Made by a program: the position numbers and the translations under genes. Below the pieces are notes generated by a model that was not told the origin of the DNA, did not search any database, and was given only the letters and a program-made list of their open reading frames with translations. This document shows positions 1-10,762 of a stretch of 64,000 bases of DNA, in pieces. The stretch spans positions 65,301 to 129,300 of the forward strand of contig CAYVFE010000001.1 in NCBI GenBank assembly GCA_964450885.1, in the 5' to 3' direction. This DNA is from an uncultured Gammaproteobacteria bacterium (lineage in GTDB: Bacteria; Patescibacteriota; Microgenomatia; Levybacterales; GWA1-39-11). Each line of letters begins with the position of its first letter. Position 1 is the first letter of the stretch.

Positions 1-7
1 ATCGAAA

Positions 8-655
8 ATGCACGATAACCATTTAGAAATCATTCCAGGGATTCTCGAAAAAGAATGGGAACCGATCGAGGAGAAGCTGAACAAGATAAAGACTTTCGCA
101 AAATCAGCACACATAGATATAATCGACGGAAAATTTGTAGACAATCTAACGTGGCTTGATCCCAAACCATTCAAACCTTTTTCGGACAATATTCTTCTCG
201 AGGCGCACCTGATGGTAGAAAATCCGATCGACTATCTAAAACCCCTGGCGGATTCTGGATTCAAAAGATTTATCGGACACATCGAGAAGATGGAAAGAAT
301 TGCAGATTTTGTCGCTCAAGGACAGGTGCTCGGAGAAGTAGGGCTGGCTTTAGATGGTCCTACGGATCTTGCGATAATTGAGGATATAAATCCAGACGAT
401 CTAGACTGCATACTTATTTATGCGTCAGAAAAGGTGGGATTTGCTGGCCCTCCTATGCTTCCCGAAAGACTTGAGAAAGTCAAAACACTGCGCAAAAAAA
501 GTGAAAATTTACCTATAGAGGTAGACGGCGGAGTAAAAGACCATTCTCTTCCTATGGCTATAGAGGCAGGAGCAACACGATTTGTTGCGACGAGTTTTAT
601 CTGGAATAGTGATAATCCCAAGGAATCTTACAAAAAACTGCTTGAACTTTTATAA
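8..655 (+). CDS. rpe: Ribulose-phosphate 3-epimerase
   Basis: HIDIIDGKFV, EAHLMVENP and IEVDGGV metal-binding motifs. Confidence 0.9.
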   Translation: MHDNHLEIIPGILEKEWEPIEEKLNKIKTFAKSAHIDIIDGKFVDNLTWLDPKPFKPFSDNILLEAHLMVENPIDYLKPLADSGFKRFIGHIEKMERIADFVAQGQVLGEVGLALDGPTDLAIIEDINPDDLDCILIYASEKVGFAGPPMLPERLEKVKTLRKKSENLPIEVDGGVKDHSLPMAIEAGATRFVATSFIWNSDNPKESYKKLLELL

Positions 656-1507
656 CTCCCTGCTATCGTAGATTTCTTTAGCGACTTTTCCTATGGAGTC
701 ATGCGCGATGTCCTCATCAACCACTCCCTGAGTCATAACGACTAAGACAAAGGGCCTCTTGCCATCATCGATAATCCCTCCATCGTGAACCATATTATCT
801 GCGTCACCAATCTTATGATAGACTGTTACATTTTCCAGATAGCGGGGTATTCTATCCTCAAATTCGGTATCCGACATATAGTCCATAAGTTCTTTCTTCA
901 ATGCCTCTGACATAATTTCATTCTTATAAAACTTGGAGAAAAGTTGACCAATGTCCTTGGGAGATGTCTCGTTAAAAACTATGCTTGTTGCCTCAAGCCC
1001 CAGTGAGTCGACAAATGCCTGAATATTATCTTCACCCAGACGTATAGTTAGTAGATGTATAGCTGTATTATCAGAATGCTTAAAAGCAAGTTCTGCGAGA
1101 TTTTTCAATGTATAAACTCCTCCGGGCTCCTCGTATCTTAGCTTTCCAGTTCCATAATCCTGAACGTCTTCGGAAAGAAGCGTTATCTTCTCCTCGAGAT
1201 CTATCTCGCGTTTGTCGGCAAGAGAGTAAAGATAAAATATTACAGGAATTTTATTTAGTGATGCAGCTGTAAGAATATTGTTATGATTCAATCCGAACAC
1301 CTCACCTGTCATAAGATCTTCATAATATATGCTGTAATTCCCCTCAAATCCTGACGTCATCGTCTTTACTCTGTCACGTATCTCGTCGGATGAAAGGTTT
1401 GAGGTTGCAGTCTTTTCGGTCATATTAAGTGTTGGTAAAAATTCCAACTGTCGGCCTAAAAGAATCAGGAAAAATGTATAGAAAAGAAATAGTATAAATT
1501 TTTTCAT
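650..1507 (-). CDS. Class A beta-lactamase-like serine hydrolase, N-terminal membrane anchor
   Basis: SxxK (ASLNK), SDN and HKIG (KTG-like) motifs; hydrophobic N-terminus. Confidence 0.8.
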   Translation of the reverse strand: MKKFILFLFYTFFLILLGRQLEFLPTLNMTEKTATSNLSSDEIRDRVKTMTSGFEGNYSIYYEDLMTGEVFGLNHNNILTAASLNKIPVIFYLYSLADKREIDLEEKITLLSEDVQDYGTGKLRYEEPGGVYTLKNLAELAFKHSDNTAIHLLTIRLGEDNIQAFVDSLGLEATSIVFNETSPKDIGQLFSKFYKNEIMSEALKKELMDYMSDTEFEDRIPRYLENVTVYHKIGDADNMVHDGGIIDDGKRPFVLVVMTQGVVDEDIAHDSIGKVAKEIYDSREL

Positions 1508-3027
1508 AAGCTCTCAACCCCCCTGGGTCTATATTGTAACGCTTCCAGTATATGCTCTTTCTGTATGTCTTTGGCATTAGATAAATCAGCGATCGTTCTG
1601 GCGACCTTTAGAACCTTATGGAACGAACGGGCTGATAGACCAAGCCTGTCTGAAGCTTTTTTCATAAGATCCTTAACTTCACTTGATAGTATAAGAAAGT
1701 TCTTGATATCTCTTGCACTCATCTGACCGTTCGTTAGTACCTTAACATCATTGAACCTGTTTTTTTGTAATTTCAACGCCTTATTTATCCTCATCCTGAC
1801 TGTTTTTGAATCCTCAACGTCTTCTTCGTTGACCAATTTTTCCGTCTTTACAGCGGGCACATCTACATGAATATCTATTCTATCAAGAAGTGGACCGGAG
1901 AGACGCTTTTGATACCGGAGTATTTGAGTCGATGTGCAGATGCACTCACGAGTACTGTCTCCCTGATATCCGCATGGGCACGGATTCGCAGCTGCCACCA
2001 GCATAAAATCCGCTGGAAATGAAATTCTTTGTTTGGCCCTTGCTATCGAGACGACTCCGTCTTCAAGTGGTTGACGGAGTGACTCCAGAACATTTCTGGA
2101 AAACTCCGGAAATTCATCCAAAAATAGGACTCCGCGGTGAGCAAGTGATATCTCCCCAGGCTTTGGGCTGGCAGATCCACCTATAAGTCCGACATAAGAA
2201 GTAGTGTGGTGAGGGCTTCTAAAAGGCCTTGTCACCATAAAGCTTCCTCCTCCCAAAAGTCCTGAAATGCTGTAGATTTTTGTAACCTCCAGCGCTTCAT
2301 CAAAAGACAAAGGGGGCAGGAGTGAGGGAATCGTCTTTGCGATAAGCGTCTTTCCGCTGCCAGGAGGGCCTTTTAATAGTATATTATGTCCTCCTGCAAC
2401 GGCGACCTCTATCGCGCGCTTCACAGACTCCTGACCCTTTATATCCTTTAGATCCGTCTCATAAGTGCTTTCATCCTGAAGGCTTTCAAAATCTACACTT
2501 TCAATTTTTGAAAGAGTTTTTTTGTTATCGAGGAAAAGAACCAAATCCTTTAGATTTTCGACTGGATAAATGTCGACCCCATTTACCATAGATGCTTCAA
2601 ATTCGTTGTCTTTTGGTATAAAGACTCTTTTCAATTTTAATTTTTTGGCAAGCAATATCGCTGGCAGAACCCCTCGAGTGAGTCTAAAACTTCCATTTAA
2701 AGAAAGCTCTCCTATAAAAAGGCTATCTCCTATCTCACCAGTTAGCTGCTCTGATGCAAAAAGCATGGAGACTGCGATCGGCATATCAAAACTACTACCT
2801 TCTTTCTGAAGATCCGAAGGCGCTAAATTTACAGTAACTCGTTTAACTGGAAAGTCGACTCCGCTATTTTTTATTGCCGATCTGACTCTCTCGCGGGATT
2901 CTTCAACGGCCTTATCGGGAAGACCAACTACTGTAAAGGAGGGAAGACCATTTAGGATATCTGTCTCGACCTCGACCAAAAACCCATCGACTCCTATGAC
3001 GCTTGAGGACATTACGCGGGACACCAT
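1504..3027 (-). CDS. comM: ComM/YifB Mg-chelatase-like AAA+ ATPase
   Basis: VGLPDKAVEESRERV, GPPGSGKT, PFRSPHHT, GVLFLDEFPEF, NPCPCG. Confidence 0.93.
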   Translation of the reverse strand: MVSRVMSSSVIGVDGFLVEVETDILNGLPSFTVVGLPDKAVEESRERVRSAIKNSGVDFPVKRVTVNLAPSDLQKEGSSFDMPIAVSMLFASEQLTGEIGDSLFIGELSLNGSFRLTRGVLPAILLAKKLKLKRVFIPKDNEFEASMVNGVDIYPVENLKDLVLFLDNKKTLSKIESVDFESLQDESTYETDLKDIKGQESVKRAIEVAVAGGHNILLKGPPGSGKTLIAKTIPSLLPPLSFDEALEVTKIYSISGLLGGGSFMVTRPFRSPHHTTSYVGLIGGSASPKPGEISLAHRGVLFLDEFPEFSRNVLESLRQPLEDGVVSIARAKQRISFPADFMLVAAANPCPCGYQGDSTRECICTSTQILRYQKRLSGPLLDRIDIHVDVPAVKTEKLVNEEDVEDSKTVRMRINKALKLQKNRFNDVKVLTNGQMSARDIKNFLILSSEVKDLMKKASDRLGLSARSFHKVLKVARTIADLSNAKDIQKEHILEALQYRPRGVESL

Positions 3028-3111
3028 ATATATCTAGTGTATTGCGTAATCGGCTCTTTTGCAAAACCGTACTGGCCCGAGCGTGGTACAATACTTTCAG
3101 TAAATTTACCT

Positions 3112-4890
3112 ATGGATCCAGTAGAAAAGATAAAGCAAAAAATTGATATCGCAGACCTCATCGGTGAATACGTTACACTTAAAAAAGCTGGCCAAAATTT
3201 CAAAGGCCTGTGTCCATTTCATGGTGAAAAAACTCCCTCCTTTGTAGTATCGCCCGAACGTCAGGTGTGGCACTGTTTTGGATGCCAAAAGGGTGGCGAC
3301 CACTTCTCATTCATAGAAGATATCGAGGGAATAGGCTTTGCGGAAAGCCTAAAACTTCTTGCTGAGAAAGCAGGGGTAAAATTGACATCAACGCCTTTTC
3401 GCGATCAGGCAGATGCAGAAAAAAATACTCTTTACGAAATAAACCATCTGGCGGCCCAATACTATAATTTTCTACTTACCCAGCACAAAGTAGGCAAAGG
3501 AGCTCTGGAGTATCTGACATTCGAGAGGGGAGTAAATGAAAAACTCCTGCAGACTTTTTCGCTTGGATATGCACCAAATAGCTTTGACGCGTTAACAACA
3601 TATCTTTTGAAAAAAAAGGGTTATGACAGAAAGCAAATCCTAAATGCAGGAGTCGTAACCGAGCGAAATGGCAGGCTTTTTGATTTTTTCAGAAACAGGA
3701 TAATTTTTCCCATACAGGATCCCCGCGGCAACATAATCGGTTTTTCAGGAAGGGTATTTGGAGAATCAAACGAAAATAGCCCCAAATATATAAACACCAG
3801 AGAAACGCTAATTTATAAAAAATCGTATTCACTTTTCGGGATAAATTTTACGAAAGATCATATCAAAAAAGAGGGTAAGGCAATCCTTATGGAGGGAGAA
3901 TTTGATGTTCTTTCCTCAATCGCCAACGGCATCTCAAATGTTGTCGCGATAAAAGGAACCGCTCTCACCGAAGAACAGATAAATCTACTAAAACGTTTTA
4001 CCAGAAAAATCGTATTCTGCTTTGACACAGATATCGCAGGAATTGAGGCCCAAAAAAGATCGATCCAGCTGATCGAGGCCGAGGGGATGGCATCCGGCGT
4101 TGTAATCCCACCCAATGGAAAAGATCCGGACGAGCTGCTGCGAACAAATCCTGCAGAATTCAAGATTGCGCTAAAGCATGAGAAAAGTGTTTATGACTTT
4201 GTCATAGATCAGGCTTTAAAGGAGGAGAACAGGAAAAGCGCTGAGGGTAAAAAAAATATCTTATCTAAAACTCTCCCGCTTATATCGTCAATCGAGAACG
4301 AGATCATAAAAGAACACTATATAAAAAAACTGGCAAATGCGATCGACTCATCATTTGAATCGGTTGCAGCTGAGATCGATAAGATCCCTCAACAAAGAGT
4401 TAAAACTGTCTCTGTTATCGCACATGTCGTAAAAAGCCGCGAAGAGGCTTTGGAACAGCACCTTTTGGGGCTGATTATCCAGTCAGATAATCCATATGAA
4501 TCACTCGTTCTATCAGAAAGCCTCATAAAACCAGAACATTTCCAGACCGGTGCATACAAAAAGGTCTTTGAAAAGCTAAGTGAATACTTCAAACACCAGA
4601 ACTCATTTGACGCCAAAGCCTTTGGCGAAAGTCTTTCCGACGAACTATCCCACGCATTCGACCTGGCCTACCTTAAACCTCTTCCAAAATTCGAGTCAAA
4701 TATAGCCCGCACCAAAGAGCTTGAACGCACTATCTATGAGACTATAAAACTGTCGTTAAAAAGAAAACTTAGGGAAATTTCCGAAAAGATGAAAAATCTC
4801 GATGATGAAAAAGATGAAGATGAAACACAAAAGCTTCAAAAAAGATTCGCCGAGACAGCAGATGAGCTCAAAAGGATCTCTTCATTATAG
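3112..4890 (+). CDS. dnaG: DNA primase (start revised to MDPVEKIK)
   Basis: CHC2 zinc finger (CPFHGEKTPSF...HCFGC), PKYINT, TOPRIM motifs EGEFDV and FDTDIAG. Confidence 0.95.
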   Translation: MDPVEKIKQKIDIADLIGEYVTLKKAGQNFKGLCPFHGEKTPSFVVSPERQVWHCFGCQKGGDHFSFIEDIEGIGFAESLKLLAEKAGVKLTSTPFRDQADAEKNTLYEINHLAAQYYNFLLTQHKVGKGALEYLTFERGVNEKLLQTFSLGYAPNSFDALTTYLLKKKGYDRKQILNAGVVTERNGRLFDFFRNRIIFPIQDPRGNIIGFSGRVFGESNENSPKYINTRETLIYKKSYSLFGINFTKDHIKKEGKAILMEGEFDVLSSIANGISNVVAIKGTALTEEQINLLKRFTRKIVFCFDTDIAGIEAQKRSIQLIEAEGMASGVVIPPNGKDPDELLRTNPAEFKIALKHEKSVYDFVIDQALKEENRKSAEGKKNILSKTLPLISSIENEIIKEHYIKKLANAIDSSFESVAAEIDKIPQQRVKTVSVIAHVVKSREEALEQHLLGLIIQSDNPYESLVLSESLIKPEHFQTGAYKKVFEKLSEYFKHQNSFDAKAFGESLSDELSHAFDLAYLKPLPKFESNIARTKELERTIYETIKLSLKRKLREISEKMKNLDDEKDEDETQKLQKRFAETADELKRISSL

Positions 4891-4910
4891 CAATCCCGTG
4901 CTTTGATTTC

Positions 4911-4939
4911 TTGCGGATTCAGCCTAAATAAGGTACAAT
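4911..4939 (+). promoter_or_regulatory. Putative sigma70 promoter of rpoD
   Basis: TTGCGG-17 nt-TACAAT. Confidence 0.45.
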
Positions 4940-4989
4940 AGGTCACAATCCTTAGCAGCGGTATTTTTTATGGAAAAAATTCTGCGCTA

Positions 4990-6090
4990 ATGTATACCAC
5001 TATGAGAGCAGGAGCCATCAAAAACGAACAGGTAGAGGAACTTTTAAAGGACGCCAAGAAAAAAGGCTACATCACCCAGGACGAAATCCTAAAAAAATTC
5101 ACCAAACCGGAAAATCATATAGATGATCTCGATTATCTTTATGATCAGCTGATCCGCAAAAACATCGATATTTTTGAGAGCGTAGATCAGGAGAAAGAGG
5201 CGAAGCGCTCTATTGAGGACCTTGAGAAAGAACTTGAGTCACTAAATCTTCTAAGTAGTGCAGCAGTCTCTGATCCGGTCAGGATGTATCTGAAAGAAAT
5301 TGGTCGAATCCCACTTCTGACATTTGATGAAGAAGTCGATCTGGCAAAGCGCATTGAAAACGGCGAAGAGGCCGCGCGCAAAAAGTTAGTTGAATCTAAT
5401 TTGAGGCTTGTCGTATCTATCGCGAAAAAATATGTGGGGAGAGGCATGACACTACTTGACCTTATCCAAGAGGGTAATCAGGGGCTAATCCGCGCGGTCG
5501 AAAAATATGACTGGAAAAAAGGGTTTAAGTTTTCAACATATGCTACGTGGTGGATCCGCCAAGCGATAACACGTGCCATAGCAGATCAGGCAAGAACTAT
5601 CCGTATTCCAGTTCATATGGTCGAGAATATCAACCGCTTCATGAGGGTGCAGCGCCGTCTCATGCAGGAACTTGGCCGCCAACCTACACCTGAGGAAATT
5701 GCAGTTGAACTTGAAATCGAGCCAGATAAGGCCAGGGAAATTATCAAAATCTCACAGCAACCAGCATCTCTGGATACCCCCGTCGGAGACGAAGAAGACT
5801 CGTATCTTGGAGACTTTATCTATGACGTCACAGCTCCAACACTTTTTGATACCGCATCACGCGGACTACTCAAAGAGCAACTTGGATCAGTTCTAGGAAC
5901 ACTTTCTGATAGAGAGAAAAGGGTTCTGGAGGAAAGATTTGGACTAAGAGATGGCAAACCAAAAACACTTGAAGAGGTAGGAAAGATGTTTGCAGTAACA
6001 CGTGAGAGAATCAGACAAATTGAAGCAAAAGCGCTTCGAAAACTTCGCCATCCTTCACGCGGTAACAAACTAAAAGATTACCTAGAATAG
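4990..6090 (+). CDS. rpoD: RNA polymerase primary sigma factor
   Basis: [54 protein letters not shown]; follows dnaG. Confidence 0.97.
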   Translation: MYTTMRAGAIKNEQVEELLKDAKKKGYITQDEILKKFTKPENHIDDLDYLYDQLIRKNIDIFESVDQEKEAKRSIEDLEKELESLNLLSSAAVSDPVRMYLKEIGRIPLLTFDEEVDLAKRIENGEEAARKKLVESNLRLVVSIAKKYVGRGMTLLDLIQEGNQGLIRAVEKYDWKKGFKFSTYATWWIRQAITRAIADQARTIRIPVHMVENINRFMRVQRRLMQELGRQPTPEEIAVELEIEPDKAREIIKISQQPASLDTPVGDEEDSYLGDFIYDVTAPTLFDTASRGLLKEQLGSVLGTLSDREKRVLEERFGLRDGKPKTLEEVGKMFAVTRERIRQIEAKALRKLRHPSRGNKLKDYLE

Positions 6091-6174
6091 GCTACTTATA
6101 ATTCACAAGAAACGTAATAAATACGCTAAGCTAAATAGATAAATAATCGAACTCAGAAAAATAGCTTCAACTAT

Positions 6175-6384
6175 TTATTTTTTCTTCTTACCACCTGTTG
6201 TTGAGTAGACATAGATACCGTAAACAGTAGAAAGTCCTACAAGAATGTAAACGATATTCGTAAGTCCTAATCCTCCAACCAGCATCTCGACCAGATTAAA
6301 ATCTCCGCCGAATAAACCTATGAGACCCCAATTCAGACCTCCAACCCAAACAAGTAGCATCGCGATCGTGTTAAGTGTTTTCAT
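6175..6384 (-). CDS. DUF378 family small membrane protein
   Basis: GGLNWGLIG...FNLV...VYILVGLS; strong SD AAGGAGGTG. Confidence 0.85.
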   Translation of the reverse strand: MKTLNTIAMLLVWVGGLNWGLIGLFGGDFNLVEMLVGGLGLTNIVYILVGLSTVYGIYVYSTTGGKKKK

Positions 6385-6540
6385 AAATTCTCACCTCCTT
6401 TCTATCTATATTTAGTAAGGCAGAGTTCGGATGTGCAGTCAAGAGACATTAACTGTGACGAAATGTATACATCTAATCAGAGGCTTTGCAAGTTCAAAAT
6501 AATTTTGTATAATGTGGTACTTAAGTGAAGCTTAGGATAT

Positions 6541-6612
6541 TCCCCTGTAGCTCAATGGTAGAGCAGGAAGCTGTTAACTTCAAGGTTTGAGGTTCGAATC
6601 CTCACGGGGGAG
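6541..6612 (+). tRNA. tRNA-Asn(GTT), CCA not encoded
   Basis: Acceptor TCCCCTG/CGGGGGA, D arm GCTC/GAGC, loop CTGTTAA, T arm TGAGG-TTCGAAT-CCTCA; TATAAT upstream. Confidence 0.93.
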
Positions 6613-6696
6613 CAATAGAAACTCTGACTTAAGCCTAAGGAATTTCTTACAAAAAACTAATACTAGAAGGTTTTACGATATGTTAGAATAAATAAC

Positions 6697-7197
6697 ATGA
6701 GTAGACTTATTACATGCATCTGGTTTGCCAATAATAATGGCGAAGAGGCAGCAAATTACTACATAGATACTTTCAATGCAGCCCCTGGCGAGCACAGCGC
6801 AAAAATAGGAGACATTACAAAAACACCTAAAGCATCCGAAGAAATTTCGGGTAGGCCTGAAGGGTCTATTATGACAGCTGAATGTGAGCTTGATGGAATT
6901 AGCTTTATGTTTTTAAATGGTGGGCCTGTTGAGCAATTCAAGCTTAATGGCGCGACATCTTACATTATCGAATGTGAAACACAAGAAGAGATCGACTACT
7001 TCTGGGAAAAACTCTCTGCGGTTCCCGAAGCCGAGCAGTGTGGATGGTGCACAGATAAATTTGGTGTCACATGGCAAGTAGCACCAAGGATTTTGGATGA
7101 AATGATGCGCGATCCTGAAAAAGCTGAGGCGGTAACCGCTGTATTTATGCCAATGAAAAAACTAGACCTTGAAGCAATCAGAAAAGCCGGCGAATAA
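6697..7197 (+). CDS. VOC/PhnB-like (3-demethylubiquinone-9 3-methyltransferase family) protein
   Basis: ITCIWF...EEAANYY, ETQEEIDYFWEKL, QCGWCTDKFGVTWQV. Confidence 0.88.
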   Translation: MSRLITCIWFANNNGEEAANYYIDTFNAAPGEHSAKIGDITKTPKASEEISGRPEGSIMTAECELDGISFMFLNGGPVEQFKLNGATSYIIECETQEEIDYFWEKLSAVPEAEQCGWCTDKFGVTWQVAPRILDEMMRDPEKAEAVTAVFMPMKKLDLEAIRKAGE

Positions 7198-7336
7198 AGC
7201 CTGAATAGGCATTGAGTGGATGAGTGAATTTTCTCCTACTAAATGAGATCGTCTAGAAATAAATTCTGACATTTCCTAACAGACAGAACACTTTTTGTTT
7301 CCTTTTGATTTCTTCGAATTTTGATATAATAGCCTC

Positions 7337-7648
7337 ATGACTAAAGACATTTCAAGCGGTGTAGCACACAAGATCCCGGCTGACTTGCGGGAAGCTTTAA
7401 CTTCTGACCCAAAAGCGCTTAGCTTATGGGAGAGTCTCACTCCTCTTGCGCGCAATGAATGGATATGCTGGATCACTTTTGTCAAGAAAGACGAGACTCG
7501 ACGCGAACATGTCAAAAGGACGATCAGTGAGCTAAAGGAGGGGATGCGCAGGCCATGTTGCTGGCTAGGCTGCACCCATCGCAAAGACAAGGCTGTAAGC
7601 CCTTCGGTGCAATCAATTCTGAACAGGCGAGCTCCAAGCATGAAGTGA
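7337..7648 (+). CDS. YdeI/OmpD-associated family protein
   Basis: PADLREAL...WESLTPLARNEWICWI...KKDETR. Confidence 0.8.
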   Translation: MTKDISSGVAHKIPADLREALTSDPKALSLWESLTPLARNEWICWITFVKKDETRREHVKRTISELKEGMRRPCCWLGCTHRKDKAVSPSVQSILNRRAPSMK

Positions 7649-7649
7649 T

Positions 7650-8012
7650 ATGAAAGAAGAGAAAAAAACAGACTCAAAGGACTGGCAGGGAAAAATGATG
7701 TCACGGATCAGAAAACTTGTCAAATCAGCAGACCCCGAGATAGTCGAGGAAGTAAAATACAAAACCCCCACAAATCCTGCCGGAGTTTTTGTCTGGTATC
7801 GCGATGGAATGATCTCCACCGGTGAGAGTTATAAAAAACACCTGAGGCTGGCTTTCTCGAAAGGACCAGCACTTAAGGACCATGATCCAAAAGGACTCAT
7901 CAATAGTTATCGCGCGATTATCATTCATGAAGACGACGAGATCGACGAGAAGGCCTTTAAAGACCTCGTCCGCGCTGCAGTAAAACTAAATAGTAAGGGC
8001 AAAAAATCATAA
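7650..8012 (+). CDS. DUF1801 (YdhG-like) protein
   Basis: [39 protein letters not shown]. Confidence 0.8.
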   Translation: MKEEKKTDSKDWQGKMMSRIRKLVKSADPEIVEEVKYKTPTNPAGVFVWYRDGMISTGESYKKHLRLAFSKGPALKDHDPKGLINSYRAIIIHEDDEIDEKAFKDLVRAAVKLNSKGKKS

Positions 8013-8377
8013 TGACAAAGCATCGCATCTACACAATGAGCTTTGCACGTGTCTATCCTCTGTATATTGCAAAAGCAGAAAGAAAAGGACGTACAAAAAT
8101 AGAAGTTGATGAAATCATCCGCTGGCTAACTGGTTATAGTAAGGAATATCTAAAAACTCAGATAGAAAAAAGAACAGACCTTGAGACCTTTTTTGCAAAA
8201 GCACCTAAACCTAATCCTTCTCGGAAATTAATTACGGGGATAGTCTGCGGCGTTAGGGTGGAAGATATTAAGGAACCGGTTATGCAGGAAATCCGCTATC
8301 TGGACAAACTGATAGATGAACTGGCAGCTGGTAAAGCAATGGAGAAAATCTTACGACGAGAAGCATCATCTTCCTAG
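8012..8377 (+). CDS. DUF2200 family protein
   Basis: [15 protein letters not shown]...[16 protein letters not shown]...[12 protein letters not shown]. Confidence 0.88.
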   Translation: MTKHRIYTMSFARVYPLYIAKAERKGRTKIEVDEIIRWLTGYSKEYLKTQIEKRTDLETFFAKAPKPNPSRKLITGIVCGVRVEDIKEPVMQEIRYLDKLIDELAAGKAMEKILRREASSS

Positions 8378-8486
8378 TCTTTTTCATACTCTACCATTAG
8401 AATGAGGGTAACATAGTTTTCATTCCTTAGATCAAAAGCTTAAATTCTCGCATAATAGGCTCTGGTATTTTATAATAGGCAAAACC

Positions 8487-8777
8487 ATGACAGAACTGTT
8501 CCGGTCTCCCGAAGAATTTCTTAAGGGTTCTATCCAGACTTTTTTTGACAATAATATCTACTCGGGTTTTTCGCGTCCATTTCAATTAGACAGACTTGAA
8601 AAAGATGAGACCGTTACGCAGGTGAGACCAGGCAGTAATGCCTACAATTCATTATTAGTCGGAAACTGGGAAGAAATGATTAGCAAATCTGATAATGCAT
8701 GGGCAAAGGGACTCTATAACCTAGGAATGCAATTTGAGATGGAATTGCGTCTTCCATATTGGTATTTCGAAAAGTAG
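8487..8777 (+). CDS. Hypothetical protein
   Basis: 96-aa ORF preceded by a duplicated ATAATAGGC (-10-like) element. Confidence 0.5.
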   Translation: MTELFRSPEEFLKGSIQTFFDNNIYSGFSRPFQLDRLEKDETVTQVRPGSNAYNSLLVGNWEEMISKSDNAWAKGLYNLGMQFEMELRLPYWYFEK

Positions 8778-8791
8778 TGTATAATACGCGT

Positions 8792-8917
8792 ATGGCAAAA
8801 AGACCAACAGGTGTCGGAAAGAGAAAAAAAATCCGATCCCCCAAAACAAAAAAGCGTCTTGAGATAAAACGCGAGATGTTAGCTGAAAAAGCTAAAAAGC
8901 GCGGCGGAAAAAAATAG
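8792..8917 (+). CDS. Small very basic protein, 41 aa (not in ORF track)
   Basis: MAKRPTGVGKRKKIRSPKTKKRLEIKREMLAEKAKKRGGKK*; TATAAT at 8780-8785, 6 nt before ATG. Confidence 0.7.
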   Translation: MAKRPTGVGKRKKIRSPKTKKRLEIKREMLAEKAKKRGGKK

Positions 8918-8924
8918 CATATTC

Positions 8925-9728
8925 CTAGACGTAGGGAAGCGACCCCAAAGCTGAATATTTCTCATTTAGATCAGATAGTGTTTTCATGTCTTTATTTGAT
9001 AGCTCAAAATCAAATACATCTATGTCTTCCTTTAGATGATCTTTCTCGTCAGCTTTCGTGATTGGAATCACGCCTTGCTGCAGATTCCAACGTATCATAA
9101 CCTGAGCAGGAGACTTTCCATATTTGTCTGCTATTTGCTTTAATGTTTTGTTATTTAGCCTTTCTCCCCTAGTCAAAGGGCTATATGCCTGAATCAATAT
9201 TCTTTTATCCTGTGAATACGCTAGCATATCCATATCGTGACCAAAGGGACTCCATTCGATCTGATTTACGACTGGAGTTTCATTTGTCCTTTTTATCAAT
9301 TCATCAATCAGCTTTGCGGAATAATTGCTTACTCCGATATCACGAGTCAGGCCATCGTTGCGCGCTTTAATGAGATCCTCCCATAGCCTTACCCCAGCAC
9401 CATTTTTAGGTGGCCTATGAATAAGCATGAGGTCTGCATAATCGAGCTCTAGCTCCTTTAGGTTGGACTTCACGCGATCGTATGCAGCATCTGTCTCTTC
9501 GACTTTTGTCACCAAGTAGAAATCGTCTCTTTTGATTCCGCTACTTTTAATACCTTCAGCGATCCCAGGCTGACTGCCATAATCCGAAGAAGTATCTATC
9601 ATGGGGTAACCTAGATGTAGGGCATACTCGATCACTGCGGCAGTATCATTCATGACCTCCCAGCTCCCCAGACCGAGAACCGGGATTTCTCTTCCCGTAT
9701 GCAGCGCCAATGTAGACCTCTTATTCAT
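8925..9728 (-). CDS. Aldo/keto reductase
   Basis: IPVLGLGSW, IDTSSDY, DLMLIHRP, IGVSNY, NQIEWSP, QAYSPL. Confidence 0.93.
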   Translation of the reverse strand: MNKRSTLALHTGREIPVLGLGSWEVMNDTAAVIEYALHLGYPMIDTSSDYGSQPGIAEGIKSSGIKRDDFYLVTKVEETDAAYDRVKSNLKELELDYADLMLIHRPPKNGAGVRLWEDLIKARNDGLTRDIGVSNYSAKLIDELIKRTNETPVVNQIEWSPFGHDMDMLAYSQDKRILIQAYSPLTRGERLNNKTLKQIADKYGKSPAQVMIRWNLQQGVIPITKADEKDHLKEDIDVFDFELSNKDMKTLSDLNEKYSALGSLPYV

Positions 9729-9824
9729 AACCCTAACTATAAAGCGAGTATATGTGCTGCAAAATAAATTAGGGTAAGAAGCCTGTAAAGCGCATCGAAA
9801 TAAAATTGACCAAAGCCTATACTG

Positions 9825-10760
9825 CTATAAATGACTATTTGGAGAATGTGGGGCCTGCAAAAAGGTCTGTCTCAGATCTACTCTATAAAATGGCCTCGTA
9901 TTTAGATTAAAATCTTCTTTCCATCCAAATGCTCCCGAGCCAGCATCATAAGTCTTCATGCCTTTTTTGATCGCATAATCAATTTTTAAAAGGGTAATAT
10001 ATTTACCTAAATTCTTTACCTTTGGATTGTACCCAGCATTGATTCCATAACAAATATCCTTGTAGGTCACCAAAAATCCAACTCCCTCTTTCTTTCCACC
10101 TATAGAGACAGTTATTATGTCCGAGTCAAATTTCTCCGCTACCTCGCGGTAAAAATCATGCCAGTGAGGTCTTTCAAAAAAACTTGAATGGTTTTTGAAC
10201 CTAACCTTATTCCACTTTTCCAGAATATCCAGATCTTCCATATTTCCATGAGAAATGACCACATCTGCCTGACTAAAAATCTTTCTTATCTGGTATTCAA
10301 TATTTCTCCTGCTTTCACCATGAAGATATTGATGTAAAAAATCCTCGTAGTTGATCAGTCCCTTAAGATCTATAAAATAATTGTAGTCGTGAATCTCAGA
10401 CTCGCTCAATTCTGCTGATCCATTCATATATTCAAGAAGTGCTGGCCTATTGATCGAATCCAAAAAATTCTCTCTATAACTCTCATAACCAGACTTTAGA
10501 AAAATAGCGTTGTCTTCCATATATTCGAATCCAGCGAAAAAATCGAGATAATTTTTCTCCTTGTCCAGCATCAAAGGCAAAAGCCCCACAGGCTCATCGT
10601 TTTCATAAGCTGTAATAAAAAATATTGGGTAGTTAAAGTACTTGTAGTATGCGTATCTAAAATCCCATTCATCATATAAAACTTTTCTAGGCGATAGGAG
10701 ATCCCAAACTTTTTTTGCTTCTTTTATATCGGTAACCGTTCTAAAAATTATCTTTTTCAT
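9825..10760 (-). CDS. GNAT/FemAB-like (Acetyltransf_6-type) protein
   Basis: VGLLPL; C-terminal NAGYNP..KNLGKY...IDYAIKKGMKTYDAGSG..WK. Confidence 0.7.
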   Translation of the reverse strand: MKKIIFRTVTDIKEAKKVWDLLSPRKVLYDEWDFRYAYYKYFNYPIFFITAYENDEPVGLLPLMLDKEKNYLDFFAGFEYMEDNAIFLKSGYESYRENFLDSINRPALLEYMNGSAELSESEIHDYNYFIDLKGLINYEDFLHQYLHGESRRNIEYQIRKIFSQADVVISHGNMEDLDILEKWNKVRFKNHSSFFERPHWHDFYREVAEKFDSDIITVSIGGKKEGVGFLVTYKDICYGINAGYNPKVKNLGKYITLLKIDYAIKKGMKTYDAGSGAFGWKEDFNLNTRPFYRVDLRQTFLQAPHSPNSHL

Positions 10761-10762
10761 TT

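Noticed and set aside
650-1507. Antibiotic-resistance beta-lactamase
   Set aside because: Motifs show only the serine-hydrolase fold; activity cannot be inferred and a cell-wall peptidase role is equally plausible
6454-6468. TTACA-type box upstream of DUF378
   Set aside because: Both half-sites are degenerate and the period is 10 rather than 11 bp; left out of the motif set
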